Shown here: positions 42,201 to 50,068 of the stretch, piece by piece
Layout of the letters: each line of letters starts with the position of its first letter
Numbering within the stretch: position 1 is the stretch's first letter
IMG/VR virus record: IMGVR_UViG_3300028591_000072
Coordinates: 192,001 to 256,000 of that record
Direction: 5' to 3' (one strand)
DNA from: a virus
Taxonomy: Duplodnaviria > Caudoviricetes
DNA: 64,000 nt
Made by a program: the position numbers and the translations under genes
Notes under the pieces: generated by a model
Databases searched by the model: none
Seen by the model: the letters and a program-made list of their open reading frames with translations, nothing else
What the model was told of the DNA's origin: nothing

Positions 42201-44483
42201 TTTTCAAATTGTCAAAGACTTACTAAAATATCAACAGGAAACGATGAATATACTTTACCAAATATTAATATAATAAACGAGAGGACATTTATCGGTTGTG
42301 AATACCTTAAGAAACTTAAGTTACCAAACACAATTAAGGAAATAAAGGATTTTTCATTCGGAGGCACTGGATTTAGAAAGGTTCTTTTAAGTACAGAAGA
42401 ACTTAATGATGAAGTACTTTTATTACCTTCTGAAATAGAAATTATACGTGGCAATGCATTTGAAACATCAAATTGGTCGGCAAATGGAAGTAATAATAAA
42501 TTAACCGTATTTTCAATACCTTCTACATTGAGTTTGTCATCAAATGAAAATGTTGTTAGGGGGCGTTATTATACCGAGTATATTTCAGAACCCGGAAATA
42601 TGAATTACATTACCGATGATGGCGTTTTATATACGACAAACAACGGTTATGACAAGTATGAACTTGTTAAATATCCGGCTGCAAAGAATGAAAACTTTGT
42701 TGAAACAATTACAATGAATGGTATAAGGACTTTTTATAATTATGCATTTTTATATTGCGGAAATATTGGAACTGTTGTTATACCAAATACGATTTTGAAC
42801 TATAATATTGGTAGCCATTGTTTTGAAAAATCCACTGTTAGAATCATTGATGCCAGAGATGCACAATTCCTTAGCAGTATACCTGATTATTGCTTCTATG
42901 ACTGCTTGTCGCTTACCGATGTATTTATGCCGATAGAACCAAATATAAGAGAAATAGGGGCATATGCGTTCTATAATTGTCCTTCGCTTACAGGACTTAC
43001 ATTGCCTGACGGAATCGAAAAACTTGGATATTATGAGGTTAGCGGAAGAAAAGAGGGAAATAATTTCTATAATTGCGGATTTCATGAATTATTATTGCCT
43101 GATACAATTAAAACATATGGAAGGCATTGTATTACAAATTGCCAAAACATTGAATATCTTAAACTTGGTAAATACATGGTTTTAACAGGTGATGAGTTTG
43201 TGACAAATTGTAAAAACTTGTCTGAAGTTGTGTTGCCAATCTTTTCATATTATTCATTTGTTTCATATGAGGTTTATGATTCAGAAGGAACATTTATTGC
43301 AGTATATGACAATGAAGAAATTGCGTTGGCAGAACAAGAAAATTATCCTGGTGGTGAAATAAGAACTGTGTATGGAGAGAATATCGTTAATAATACAAAT
43401 ATGGATTATAGGTTCATAATTGGATGCGTTAATTTAATGAAGTTTTCAATTGCTGATGGCGATAATTCTCTTGTTGGCTGTATATATGACAATGCGTTGT
43501 ACAATGTTGTAAACAATACATTAATAAAGGTTCCTTTTGGCGTTTATGGTATTGAAATAATGCCTAATACAACCGCAATTGGTCCTGGTGCATTTATGGA
43601 TTGTTCAAGAATTCTTGAAGTTACATTAATGGAAACAATTAATTCAATTGGAAATGATTCATTTAATGGATGCTCTTCAATTTCATTGTTTAAAATAATA
43701 GATGGGATTAATACAATACCGGATAGATGCTTTAGGAATTGTTCAAATTTAAGGACTTTGTTTGTTAGTAAGGATGTAAATACAATTTCATTTGCTGCGT
43801 TTGCTGGCTGTACAAAACTTTCTGAAATTTATTTCTTTAGGGAAAATGCATGTAATTTAAGATGTAATGCAATTGGCTTTGATTATCACCCATTTGGTTC
43901 ATCTAATTCAGAATATGCTGGATATGAATATAGAAATAATGGAACAAATAAATTATACATTTCCTATAATGCAAATGGATATGATAATCCTGGTACTGGT
44001 GAAGGTTCCGTTAAAGATAACAGATGGGTGGGAAATCCTATTACAAACACTTCAATGTGTGGGTACTCATATGAACCAATGAAAATTAATTCAACGTTTG
44101 TCATTAAAATTTATGATGAAACTAATGAGTTGGTTACAAATAATGTTTATGCTGTAAGCCAAAGTATGAACTTTATATCCGAAGGCGTTTATGTCTCTGT
44201 TTCTGACGGGCATGTTTTTGCTGCACTTGGCGGTGAAAATGAAACATTATACCATGGGGAAATTTTAGAAATATATTCAGACCCTGAACACGTAAATAAG
44301 ATTGGTGAAATCAATATGGATTATAACACGAAAAAATATCAGATTGGCGAACCTTCATACGGAAGCCGTATGTTGAAGTCTGAAAATCCATCAGAAGATG
44401 ATACAGTTGTTATTAGTAAAAATGAATATAATAATATTATATCTAATATAGAACTTTTGAATAAAATTATATTTGGTAAATAA
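36261..44483 (+). CDS. Giant tail-associated protein: LamG-like + CotH kinase-like + BspA-type leucine-rich repeats (LRR_5)
   Basis: Likely start ATG 36261 (MAKTYNQ). GGTFEIDL...IMVNGV...IRVYDRAIS (LamG-like); KLQGTSSLGYPRKNFK, WTLKADYMESS, VDQFVKN, YDNDCLFG (CotH-like); many ITLPSTIVEIGPSAFSNC..L repeats (BspA). Confidence 0.8.
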   Translation: MAKTYNQKINRNTAWGGDMSTSGLPVAGGRVQEFIKEELNGKAGAFYRPSGGNFVYCFATKEDRDTYADASNKDEYEHLIIDRFETESNYSVYINQDTLVLSKSVIEGSTGNTVEFQFKITDKNGMVSDSKASIVFTFLASGILKKYTTEVQVKSEGWTTVVSDVIDEYLRNGENNISVTITGLSTKTSTQFVMTYNVFDLEFKTMFQYNVPKYGSVLQVPYYIKCTETKYLEFYIDGYEVESVESQTISDAVKDGTANISIGNLEIGQHSLQVRAYVRAKDGTKFYSQIHYYTFAKEGNTTPSFLMSIKLDNTQDIAVDGNLLTINSGQFEQISFDWSMYDYLSRKLVVNFEYDGNIISKNVFTLNGTISEFSFRPFNYGDDKYLRIFSVDEDNNIVFEHNIVFNVAGNDSGLKETVDGLLLKLTSNGRRNTDEDKDVWSCVGNDQNVYSANFHNFAWNAQQGWNPEYEALVVSDQAYVDFNIRPMMTNNGINNAGWEENGGTFEIDLETFDIEDENAVICECKSNIEGKSTAYFRITATNAEFSTADGKKINTRYKDNERLKIAFIGNKKGTHEDGNMIYIMVNGVLERAAMYSNTDRIWSDEILRIGSGNGGCKIRVRSIRVYDRAISVDEEFNNYVVDSENSQIIYEKNNIFKKGTNEVGFDEVANKLPVMIFTGNMNDLVKNGQDKQWRYFDVEYINRQEPERNFVSFNCQMKLQGTSSLGYPRKNFKLKTKDKLATKEYYESSNYVLDTEETEVGNRRLRSKVTGNLIDFGDFTGNCFTFGNFSSDNPLKGELLKKGKYRFRANSHKADKWTLKADYMESSCSHNVGAGRSWNDIFENTELKISNYAGYVNNTYKDTALVNRNDYSEYTKNGISYKINMNTDSFRSQKNYVCRTDAQKICWSEGADDVRTAIDGFPMVCFYRTSHAENNLVFMGQYNFVNDKGSYEVFGFEDIEDPNNEDVMIYDASQVECWEGLKNSNPISLFKTIEGWNDPDGWKSTFESRYPDPDDEGVAGKRQVDGSVGSPLYELCKWLVSTRHESDTVYGDTLDIDSSFATRINGYQYAYVTGQEQNYEYASGVNLPDNAENRQKKFETEKWEHFDVWKLAGYYIYLMRYGAVDQFVKNTMLFTDGNGRYDNRTDKKYRKWFYINYDNDCLFGLRNNGELAFHWKLDRQTIDNANDIIVDENDEYNEGNVNTYAMMGHDSTLWNNLERDDEFMRMVRDLDDSMNKSGLNYENMVTEFDTKQTEMWCERIYNANERYKYIQAAKGVGDMAGNPVDNLWMLQGTRRSHRHWWIANHFNMLDARWLSGDYKNTYVQIKTDSPAGSIIRAVAGDDYYFAWGQQKRIYESNIQKEKGEEIEFVFPTDQVQGDPVYIYAYNKMSELDFSAIANKIAAGSFEFNEGGLEVVNTLKKLVIGNQNVINRIELPTTTWGKLKNLEYLDITNYAGIKEIPFDTTIETENGEITHLSLPNLHTLKAFGSGLSSFVPVEGSNFNLAELPASVSTIKLNNVNFNNITEDFKYVPTTNLTTLEISNTNGIKMAYFRKIVEPWLNAMNSSISSDALYASAKLVLNNVDWSFDKFSDIELFENISKVNGAFVISGVIDLSTLKSISMENIEKIKQIFGENCFNKVMSAIYIKVPETVFIHTDSDSMVAGKTNVFYREIYPAENAITMDHSIVYNIVEECSETTPGAIHDTITNKYYIIVSDISSIRQGTITFENLRDENNKEIAVLTSEENEISDTDLKIMCTLSMGGVSKVSVCDFKIKKPTYASSVVITGNKSIYKNGEYVYEAVLKDNLGNAPIGTENVTWTLSMNNAERYLVSYENVDENGIRYKIVTSENEPNEEEVSETINLSIIVEHGNGRNPLIASYVCMLLNENVIMTSVSNPIMMERCYNAFDSVINRNAMTKAQAESVTDDDIDGVFSGIASEFTFNEFKYFTGITRLPSGAFGDCRRMTEITLPSTIVEIGPSAFSNCQRLTKISTGNDEYTLPNINIINERTFIGCEYLKKLKLPNTIKEIKDFSFGGTGFRKVLLSTEELNDEVLLLPSEIEIIRGNAFETSNWSANGSNNKLTVFSIPSTLSLSSNENVVRGRYYTEYISEPGNMNYITDDGVLYTTNNGYDKYELVKYPAAKNENFVETITMNGIRTFYNYAFLYCGNIGTVVIPNTILNYNIGSHCFEKSTVRIIDARDAQFLSSIPDYCFYDCLSLTDVFMPIEPNIREIGAYAFYNCPSLTGLTLPDGIEKLGYYEVSGRKEGNNFYNCGFHELLLPDTIKTYGRHCITNCQNIEYLKLGKYMVLTGDEFVTNCKNLSEVVLPIFSYYSFVSYEVYDSEGTFIAVYDNEEIALAEQENYPGGEIRTVYGENIVNNTNMDYRFIIGCVNLMKFSIADGDNSLVGCIYDNALYNVVNNTLIKVPFGVYGIEIMPNTTAIGPGAFMDCSRILEVTLMETINSIGNDSFNGCSSISLFKIIDGINTIPDRCFRNCSNLRTLFVSKDVNTISFAAFAGCTKLSEIYFFRENACNLRCNAIGFDYHPFGSSNSEYAGYEYRNNGTNKLYISYNANGYDNPGTGEGSVKDNRWVGNPITNTSMCGYSYEPMKINSTFVIKIYDETNELVTNNVYAVSQSMNFISEGVYVSVSDGHVFAALGGENETLYHGEILEIYSDPEHVNKIGEINMDYNTKKYQIGEPSYGSRMLKSENPSEDDTVVISKNEYNNIISNIELLNKIIFGK

Positions 44484-44501
44484 AATATTTGAAAAAAAAT
44501 A

Positions 44502-44510
44502 ACTATTTAT
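44502..44510 (+). promoter_or_regulatory. Putative late-promoter motif ACTATTTAT
   Basis: Exact motif about 23 nt before the ATG at 44533. Confidence 0.65.
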
Positions 44511-44532
44511 TATTATAAAAAAAAACTATAAT

Positions 44533-46038
44533 ATGGCAAGGAAAAATCAAAAATTAATAAATTATCATGGTAGTGGTAATACGCCTGATAATTTGCTATC
44601 ACAGATAGATTATGGTGAAATTGCTGTTAAGCATTCTACTGGTAATACTGCCCAGTTAATTATTAAGACTTCAGACGAAACAAGTGCTATTTTTGTTGAA
44701 AGTGCTGCTGTTGTTAGTATGATTGATTCAAGCATTTCTAGCGTTGCTGGAAATGTTGTTGAAATCGCAAAAAGTTTGTCGGCAGTAAGTTCAACGACTG
44801 TTGCGACAGAGGCTGGCTTAGAAGAACTTAAAGGCTATTATAGTGCGTTTACATCAGATGTTACTACTAACTTATCAGGCTCTGTGTCAGCACTTAGTGC
44901 TTCTGTCGTTAATAATTATTGGACTTCAGCGACAACGCAAGGAAAACTTGATGCAATAACTAGTCAAACACAGACTTTAACAACTAATTTACAAAACTTA
45001 TCAGGTGCTGTTTCAGCATTTAGTGCTACAGTTGTTGCTGATTACACGACTCATGCTGAAGCAAGCGGCATGCGTGATACTGCAATAACGAGTGCACAAA
45101 GTTACACTGATACTATTAGTGGATATATTGTAACTGATTTGCATGAGCACTATTGGACTTCAGCCACAACGCAAGAGAAACTTAATGCAATAACTAGTAA
45201 TACTGAGTCTTTAACGACTAATTTACAAAACTTATCAGGCGCTGTTTCAGCATTTAGTGCTAGTGTTGTTTCAATGAGCGCTGATGTTAAGACTTATATA
45301 GATGATAAACTTTCTGTTGTCTATAAATTCAAAGGAAGCGTTGATAATTATGCTGATTTGGCTAATATATCACAGCCTGAGAATGGAGATGTTTATAATG
45401 TTGTAAACGCAAATGGCACAATTGGTCAGCCTGGATATACGCCAGCTGGAACTAATTATGCATGGAATGAAACAGGAAGCACGTGGGATGCTCTTGGAGG
45501 CACTATTGACCTTAGTAGTTATGTGACACAAGACGAGTTAGATGGAGTTACTGGTAATGTTGAAACAATAACACAAGATTTAGGTAATTTATATACTTAT
45601 TTTAGTGGATTTAGTGGCTCTATCGTTTCCGGCTATACGACTCATGCTGAGGCAAGTGGAATGCGTGACACTGCAATAACGAGTGCGCAAAGTTATACTA
45701 ATACTGTTAGCGGTGATATTTCTAATTATTTGTATAATAATTATTGGAATTCAGCGACAACACAAGAGAACCTTAATGCAATAAATAGTCAAACAGAGAC
45801 TTTAACATCTAATTTACAAAACTTATCGGGTGCTGTTTCTGCATTTAGTGCTAACGTTGTTACTGATATAGTTCCTAAGGTTAATTCAGCTTTACAGGGC
45901 TTTGGGTTCACTGGTGATGGAGTAACTCAAGGAACCGGAAATCAAACTTTACAAAGTGGTGCAAAGGCTGATTATACAACTGGCGGTACGGCAACACTTG
46001 ACTTAACTGAATTGATTATTGATTGTGGAGATTGGTAA
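44533..46038 (+). CDS. Ser/Thr-rich fibre protein with internal repeats
   Basis: N-terminal QKLINYH...YGEIAV, three YW.SATTQ..L.AI.S...LT.NLQNLSGAVSAFSA repeats, PAGTNYAW module, ends IDCGDW. Confidence 0.75.
   Translation: MARKNQKLINYHGSGNTPDNLLSQIDYGEIAVKHSTGNTAQLIIKTSDETSAIFVESAAVVSMIDSSISSVAGNVVEIAKSLSAVSSTTVATEAGLEELKGYYSAFTSDVTTNLSGSVSALSASVVNNYWTSATTQGKLDAITSQTQTLTTNLQNLSGAVSAFSATVVADYTTHAEASGMRDTAITSAQSYTDTISGYIVTDLHEHYWTSATTQEKLNAITSNTESLTTNLQNLSGAVSAFSASVVSMSADVKTYIDDKLSVVYKFKGSVDNYADLANISQPENGDVYNVVNANGTIGQPGYTPAGTNYAWNETGSTWDALGGTIDLSSYVTQDELDGVTGNVETITQDLGNLYTYFSGFSGSIVSGYTTHAEASGMRDTAITSAQSYTNTVSGDISNYLYNNYWNSATTQENLNAINSQTETLTSNLQNLSGAVSAFSANVVTDIVPKVNSALQGFGFTGDGVTQGTGNQTLQSGAKADYTTGGTATLDLTELIIDCGDW
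44911..45853 (+). repeat. Intragenic dispersed direct repeats (3x approximately 115 nt; 2x approximately 70 nt)
   Basis: TATTGGA.TTCAGC.ACAAC.CAAG...AATTTACAAAACTTATC.GG.GCTGTTTC.GCATTTAGTGCTA at about 44917, 45151 and 45742; ACGACTCATGCTGA.GCAAG.GG.ATGCGTGA.ACTGCAATAACGAGTGC.CAAAGTTA twice. Confidence 0.85.
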
Positions 46039-46058
46039 TCAGTAAAACATATTAAAAA

Positions 46059-46090
46059 GAAAATGGGGAGCGTTTAACTCCCCATTTTTT
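46059..46090. terminator. Bidirectional terminator between convergent genes
   Basis: AAAATGGGGAG-CGTTTAA-CTCCCCATTTT stem flanked by A and T runs. Confidence 0.85.
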
Positions 46091-46583
46091 ATTGTTCTTT
46101 GTTTTTTCCTTTTTTTGTCCTTAGGGCTTTTTTCCTATCTTCTTCTTCTTTTTTGTCTTGTTGAATTTTTGCCATTATTGTTGCGTTATATAGTGCTGAC
46201 TTTACTGCATCATCGTTATTAATGCAATATCCAACAGGTAACACAACTGAATTACATCCAATTATAAGTTTTTCTTTTTCAGGGTCAAAAGAAACTTGTT
46301 CCATTGAAAGTCTCAATGCCTTGTATTTATCTTCTTCACTTGCATACGAATGACCTAATTGGTCAATTCCTTCAAAGAAATCTTCATAGCATACAACAAA
46401 AACTAAATCTTCTTCTTTTGCTTTGTATTTTGTAAAATCGTTTGCTTTTACGACTTTACATACTTCTTTTGCTTTTTTAACATAAACAGGTTCAAATTTA
46501 ACCCCGTAAATATCAAGTCCTAATTTGTTTGAAATTTCATTTACCATTTCAATGGTTTCATCGGTAGCTTTACTATATTTCAT
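46089..46583 (-). CDS. Hypothetical protein, possibly a degenerate phage metallopeptidase-like fold (no HExxH)
   Basis: 164 aa with its own promoter-like element; VCKVVKAND...VFVVCYED...QVSFDPEKEKLII; basic C-terminal tail. Confidence 0.5.
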   Translation of the reverse strand: MKYSKATDETIEMVNEISNKLGLDIYGVKFEPVYVKKAKEVCKVVKANDFTKYKAKEEDLVFVVCYEDFFEGIDQLGHSYASEEDKYKALRLSMEQVSFDPEKEKLIIGCNSVVLPVGYCINNDDAVKSALYNATIMAKIQQDKKEEEDRKKALRTKKGKNKEQ

Positions 46584-46627
46584 ATTAAAAATATTTATTA
46601 AAATGTTATTTTCTTTATATTTAATAT

Positions 46628-46656
46628 AATATACAAATGTTTTTTTAAAAAATCAA
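46628..46656 (-). promoter_or_regulatory. Sigma70-like promoter TTGATT-N17-TATATT
   Basis: Minus strand reads TTGATT ttttaaaaaaacatttg TATATT, upstream of 46583. Confidence 0.55.
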
Positions 46657-46658
46657 CT

Positions 46659-47504
46659 ATGGAAAAGAAAGAAATTTCTAAAGAAAAGAAAAAACGTAAG
46701 AAAAGTAAGCCAAAAAAGAAAAAAAGGCCAATTGGTAGGCCAAAAAAACGTGGCCCTAAGAAGAAATACAGAAAAAAGAAAAAAGTTCTTAAAAAAAGAG
46801 GGAGAAAAGCATTACCACCATTTGCATATAAAATTATTTCGTGCAAAAACGGAAAGCAAAACAAATTGGTGGGAAAATATAGGGATATAAAGGAAGCATA
46901 TGCCGTTTTTGATGAATTGAAAGAAGAAAGTAAAAAAGTTGTGTTTCCAATGTCTTTTACTGGATGCGAAGAGTTAAAAAATTCAATAGATGAATATATA
47001 TTGATTGAGAAGAGTGAAACCAAAGAAAGTTCCATGTTAAGAAATGAATATGGGGTTATTGTAGAGCATAAGACAAATTTAGACGGGTGGGTTATTTTGG
47101 ATAAATTTAGATATGCTAGGGAGGAGACTTTTTGGGTTTGGGGATATAGTAACAATCGTGACAGAAAGACTTTCATGTGGATTTTTGAAAATCTTATACT
47201 CGATTCGTTTGACAATGTTTATGACTATAAAAGGGTGTGTACATATAAAAACAAGGTCGTTATAAAATCCGATGACGGATACATGGATATAGTGTTTTGC
47301 AAATCTATGGAAGACGCTGTAAGATTTTATAATTTGTTGGAAAAGCATTCAAAGAAGAATAAATTAAAACGAATGCTATTTATTGGGGATTTTAGTAAAT
47401 TTGGGAAACAACGTCTCAAACTTGAGTCTGAATTGATTGAATTTACTGGCTTGCCAAAGGAAAAAATACGCATGAAAAACAATAGCTTTTTCTTAAAAAA
47501 ATGA
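46659..47504 (+). CDS. Hypothetical protein with highly basic AT-hook-like N-terminus (putative nucleic-acid binding)
   Basis: KKKKRPIGRPKKRGPKKKYRKKKKVLKKRGRK followed by a globular domain. Confidence 0.65.
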   Translation: MEKKEISKEKKKRKKSKPKKKKRPIGRPKKRGPKKKYRKKKKVLKKRGRKALPPFAYKIISCKNGKQNKLVGKYRDIKEAYAVFDELKEESKKVVFPMSFTGCEELKNSIDEYILIEKSETKESSMLRNEYGVIVEHKTNLDGWVILDKFRYAREETFWVWGYSNNRDRKTFMWIFENLILDSFDNVYDYKRVCTYKNKVVIKSDDGYMDIVFCKSMEDAVRFYNLLEKHSKKNKLKRMLFIGDFSKFGKQRLKLESELIEFTGLPKEKIRMKNNSFFLKK

Positions 47505-47532
47505 AATAATTGTGCGTTTTTATGCTATTGCT

Positions 47533-47541
47533 ACTATTTAT
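47533..47541 (+). promoter_or_regulatory. Putative late-promoter motif ACTATTTAT
   Basis: Exact motif about 40 nt before the ATG at 47581. Confidence 0.6.
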
Positions 47542-47580
47542 GGTAGATTATTAATAATAACTTAAAAACTAAAAAACAAC

Positions 47581-48873
47581 ATGCCGGATATTAGACAAAA
47601 ATTAATTCATTTACACAGTTCTAGTGTAAAAGTACCAACCGCAGCTCAATTAGAGTATGGTGAAATAGCAGTTCAATATGATGCTACTGCTCCTGTATTA
47701 TACATTAAGAATTCAAGCGGCCAAATTGTAAAATTCATTGATGAAGTTGCGGTTAAAGCGCTTTTGACAAATGTATATACATACAAAGGAAGTAAGTCAA
47801 CTTATGAAGAATTACCTGAAAGTGGTAATGTAACCGGCGATGTGTGGAATGTTGTTTCTGCTCATGGAAATGTTCCGGCAGGTACAAACTATGCATGGGA
47901 TGGGAGCCAATGGGATTCACTTGGCGGTAGCGTTGATTTGTCAAATTACATTACAAATGAGACGTTTACTGCACACACAAGCAATAAAGATGTTCACGTA
48001 TCATCAGCAGAAAAGAATGTTTGGAATAATAAACAAGAAGCATTTGAAAATGCTTCCGTTTTGAAAGAGATTACAGCACAACAAGTTTCAAATTGGGATA
48101 CTGCTGTAACAAGTTTGAGTGGGCACATTGATGATGACACAATTCACGTTACAACGGTACAAACAGGCAAATGGGATGATGCTGTTTCTGATATAAATAC
48201 ACATATATCAAATGGAACAATACACGTAACAACAGATGATAAGGAAGAGTGGAGTGGAAAACAAGATGCATTTAGCAATTCAGGCACATTGGCAACAATT
48301 ACAGATACTAAAGTAACAAATTGGGATAATGCTGCAACAAATTCACACACACATTCTAACAAGGCTTTGCTTGACACTTATTTGCAATCAGAATCTGATT
48401 TGGCTGACGCTGTTTCAAAGAAGCACAATCACGCTAATTCTGCTGCATTGGAAACGATAACAACAGAAAAAATAGCTGATTGGGATGAAGCAGCCGCTTC
48501 AGCACATACTCATGATAACAAGAGTGTTCTTGATGGAATTGATTCAACAAAGGTTACAAATTGGGATTCTGCATATAATACGGTAACTGCTCATACAGCA
48601 GACACAGACATCCATGTAACAGCACAAGACAAGACTACTTGGAGCGGAAAACAAGATGCTATTGAAGATTTGACTGACATTAGAAATAATGCTACATCAG
48701 GAAAGAACGCATATGATACAGTTGTGGCCAATAAAGATAATTGGGACGCAGCATATGCAGTTTCACAAAATGCTTTAGTTGGTATTGAATCAGGTAAAGA
48801 AAGCGGTGCTGCTGTAAATGCAAGCAGGAAACTTGATTTCTCAGGCCTTTGTATTGATTGCGGAGAATACTAA
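47581..48873 (+). CDS. Fibre protein with His-containing repeats, paralogous to 44533..46038 at both ends
   Basis: QKLIHLH...LEYGEIAV, PAGTNYAWDG module, H.....(I/V)HV(T/S) x4 and H.H.N x3 repeats, ends IDCGEY. Confidence 0.75.
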   Translation: MPDIRQKLIHLHSSSVKVPTAAQLEYGEIAVQYDATAPVLYIKNSSGQIVKFIDEVAVKALLTNVYTYKGSKSTYEELPESGNVTGDVWNVVSAHGNVPAGTNYAWDGSQWDSLGGSVDLSNYITNETFTAHTSNKDVHVSSAEKNVWNNKQEAFENASVLKEITAQQVSNWDTAVTSLSGHIDDDTIHVTTVQTGKWDDAVSDINTHISNGTIHVTTDDKEEWSGKQDAFSNSGTLATITDTKVTNWDNAATNSHTHSNKALLDTYLQSESDLADAVSKKHNHANSAALETITTEKIADWDEAAASAHTHDNKSVLDGIDSTKVTNWDSAYNTVTAHTADTDIHVTAQDKTTWSGKQDAIEDLTDIRNNATSGKNAYDTVVANKDNWDAAYAVSQNALVGIESGKESGAAVNASRKLDFSGLCIDCGEY

Positions 48874-48891
48874 TTAACTGTTTCTAATAAT

Positions 48892-48922
48892 AAAAAAGGA
48901 TGTCTTAAAGGCATCCTTTTTT
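48892..48922. terminator. Bidirectional terminator
   Basis: AAAAAAGGATGTC-TTAAA-GGCATCCTTTTTT between convergent genes. Confidence 0.85.
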
Positions 48923-48925
48923 GTT

Positions 48926-49177
48926 TTATAATGAGAATAAATTTTTTAGCCAACAAGTTTTCTTTTTTTCTTTTGGATTCTCTTCGGCGTTTAAAACCAT
49001 CGGAGGAGGTTGCTGAAGCGGAATATATGCTTGATTTGTAAATCCTAGTTCAATTTCTTTTCCGTATTGTTCAATTAGTTTTTTCTTAAAGGTTTCATTG
49101 CTTGCTTTTATTGCAATTTCGCTTGCCTTCAAGTCACCTTTTAAACCATTTAATTCTTTTTTTGTGAAAAAATCCAT
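48926..49177 (-). CDS. Hypothetical protein
   Basis: 83 aa, coupled to the upstream minus-strand genes, ends at the terminator. Confidence 0.65.
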   Translation of the reverse strand: MDFFTKKELNGLKGDLKASEIAIKASNETFKKKLIEQYGKEIELGFTNQAYIPLQQPPPMVLNAEENPKEKKKTCWLKNLFSL

Positions 49178-49178
49178 A

Positions 49179-49589
49179 TTAGTGTACGTTTATTGTATCA
49201 TTATCTTCTTCAAAATCCTGTATTTGGTTTCCTTGGCCTAAATTTTCAAAGAAACTTTCAACATTATGCATAATCCATACTATTCCAGATGTAAAGAAAC
49301 AGTCTAATATTAAAGCGAGCCACCAGAGGCCAGTTCCTGCCAATAGAATGTTGAATGGTGTGAAAGCTATATCTTTTATCAAAAACCAATCAATAAGACT
49401 TAAAACCCACCCTAAATTAGCTGGAAAGCACATCATACATTTAAATAATGAGCCGAAATGCTCTGAAATCTTATCTGTAATGCTTCTTATGTGCTCAAAA
49501 ATTCTAAATGGCCCGCTTCCAAATACCATCATATTTGAAAACCCATAAGCGGCAATACAATATAGGAATAAAATAAACCAATTACTCAT
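49179..49589 (-). CDS. DUF1360-like membrane protein
   Basis: TM helix, IFEHIR, FGSLFKCMMCFPANLGW (CxxC-W pattern), further TM helices. Confidence 0.65.
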   Translation of the reverse strand: MSNWFILFLYCIAAYGFSNMMVFGSGPFRIFEHIRSITDKISEHFGSLFKCMMCFPANLGWVLSLIDWFLIKDIAFTPFNILLAGTGLWWLALILDCFFTSGIVWIMHNVESFFENLGQGNQIQDFEEDNDTINVH

Positions 49590-50052
49590 CTTTATCTTCT
49601 TCGTTTTTATTATTTATTTCTTCTTTTTTTTTAATGTCTTGTTTTGGTATAATTAGTGAAGATTCTTGATTTTTTGACTTGTAGTCAAATTTTAATGTCC
49701 TTAATTCTTCTATTGTTATGTTTTCATCTTCAAACAATGATTTTAGTTCTGTTGTTTTTTTTGAAAGCAGTTGTGCCCTTTCTATTGCTTCTTTCATTCT
49801 ATCAATATTGTAGTCTATTGCATCAAATAATACCTGTTCACCTGATTCGATGTCGGTACAGAAATAATATTCATTTATATTTGTTCCTTGGCTTATAGTG
49901 ACACCGAATTTTTGTTCTAAATCTTCATCTATAATCCATCCGTGTGGGAATGAAACAACTACATATATAACCTGTGAGCCATCGTCAACAGTTGTTATTT
50001 GCATTTGTTTAAAATATTTTGAAATTTTTTTGATTCTGTCTTTGATATCCAT
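49582..50052 (-). CDS. Hypothetical protein
   Basis: 156 aa with a promoter-like element upstream; overlaps the next gene by 8 nt. Confidence 0.7.
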   Translation of the reverse strand: MDIKDRIKKISKYFKQMQITTVDDGSQVIYVVVSFPHGWIIDEDLEQKFGVTISQGTNINEYYFCTDIESGEQVLFDAIDYNIDRMKEAIERAQLLSKKTTELKSLFEDENITIEELRTLKFDYKSKNQESSLIIPKQDIKKKEEINNKNEEDKDE

Positions 50053-50068
50053 TATTTCTTTTTAGAAA

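Noticed and set aside
42080-44483. Diversity-generating retroelement targeting the BspA/LRR protein or fibres
   Set aside because: No reverse transcriptase in the window, and I saw no TR/VR pair differing only at adenines; the repeats seen differ mostly at synonymous positions.
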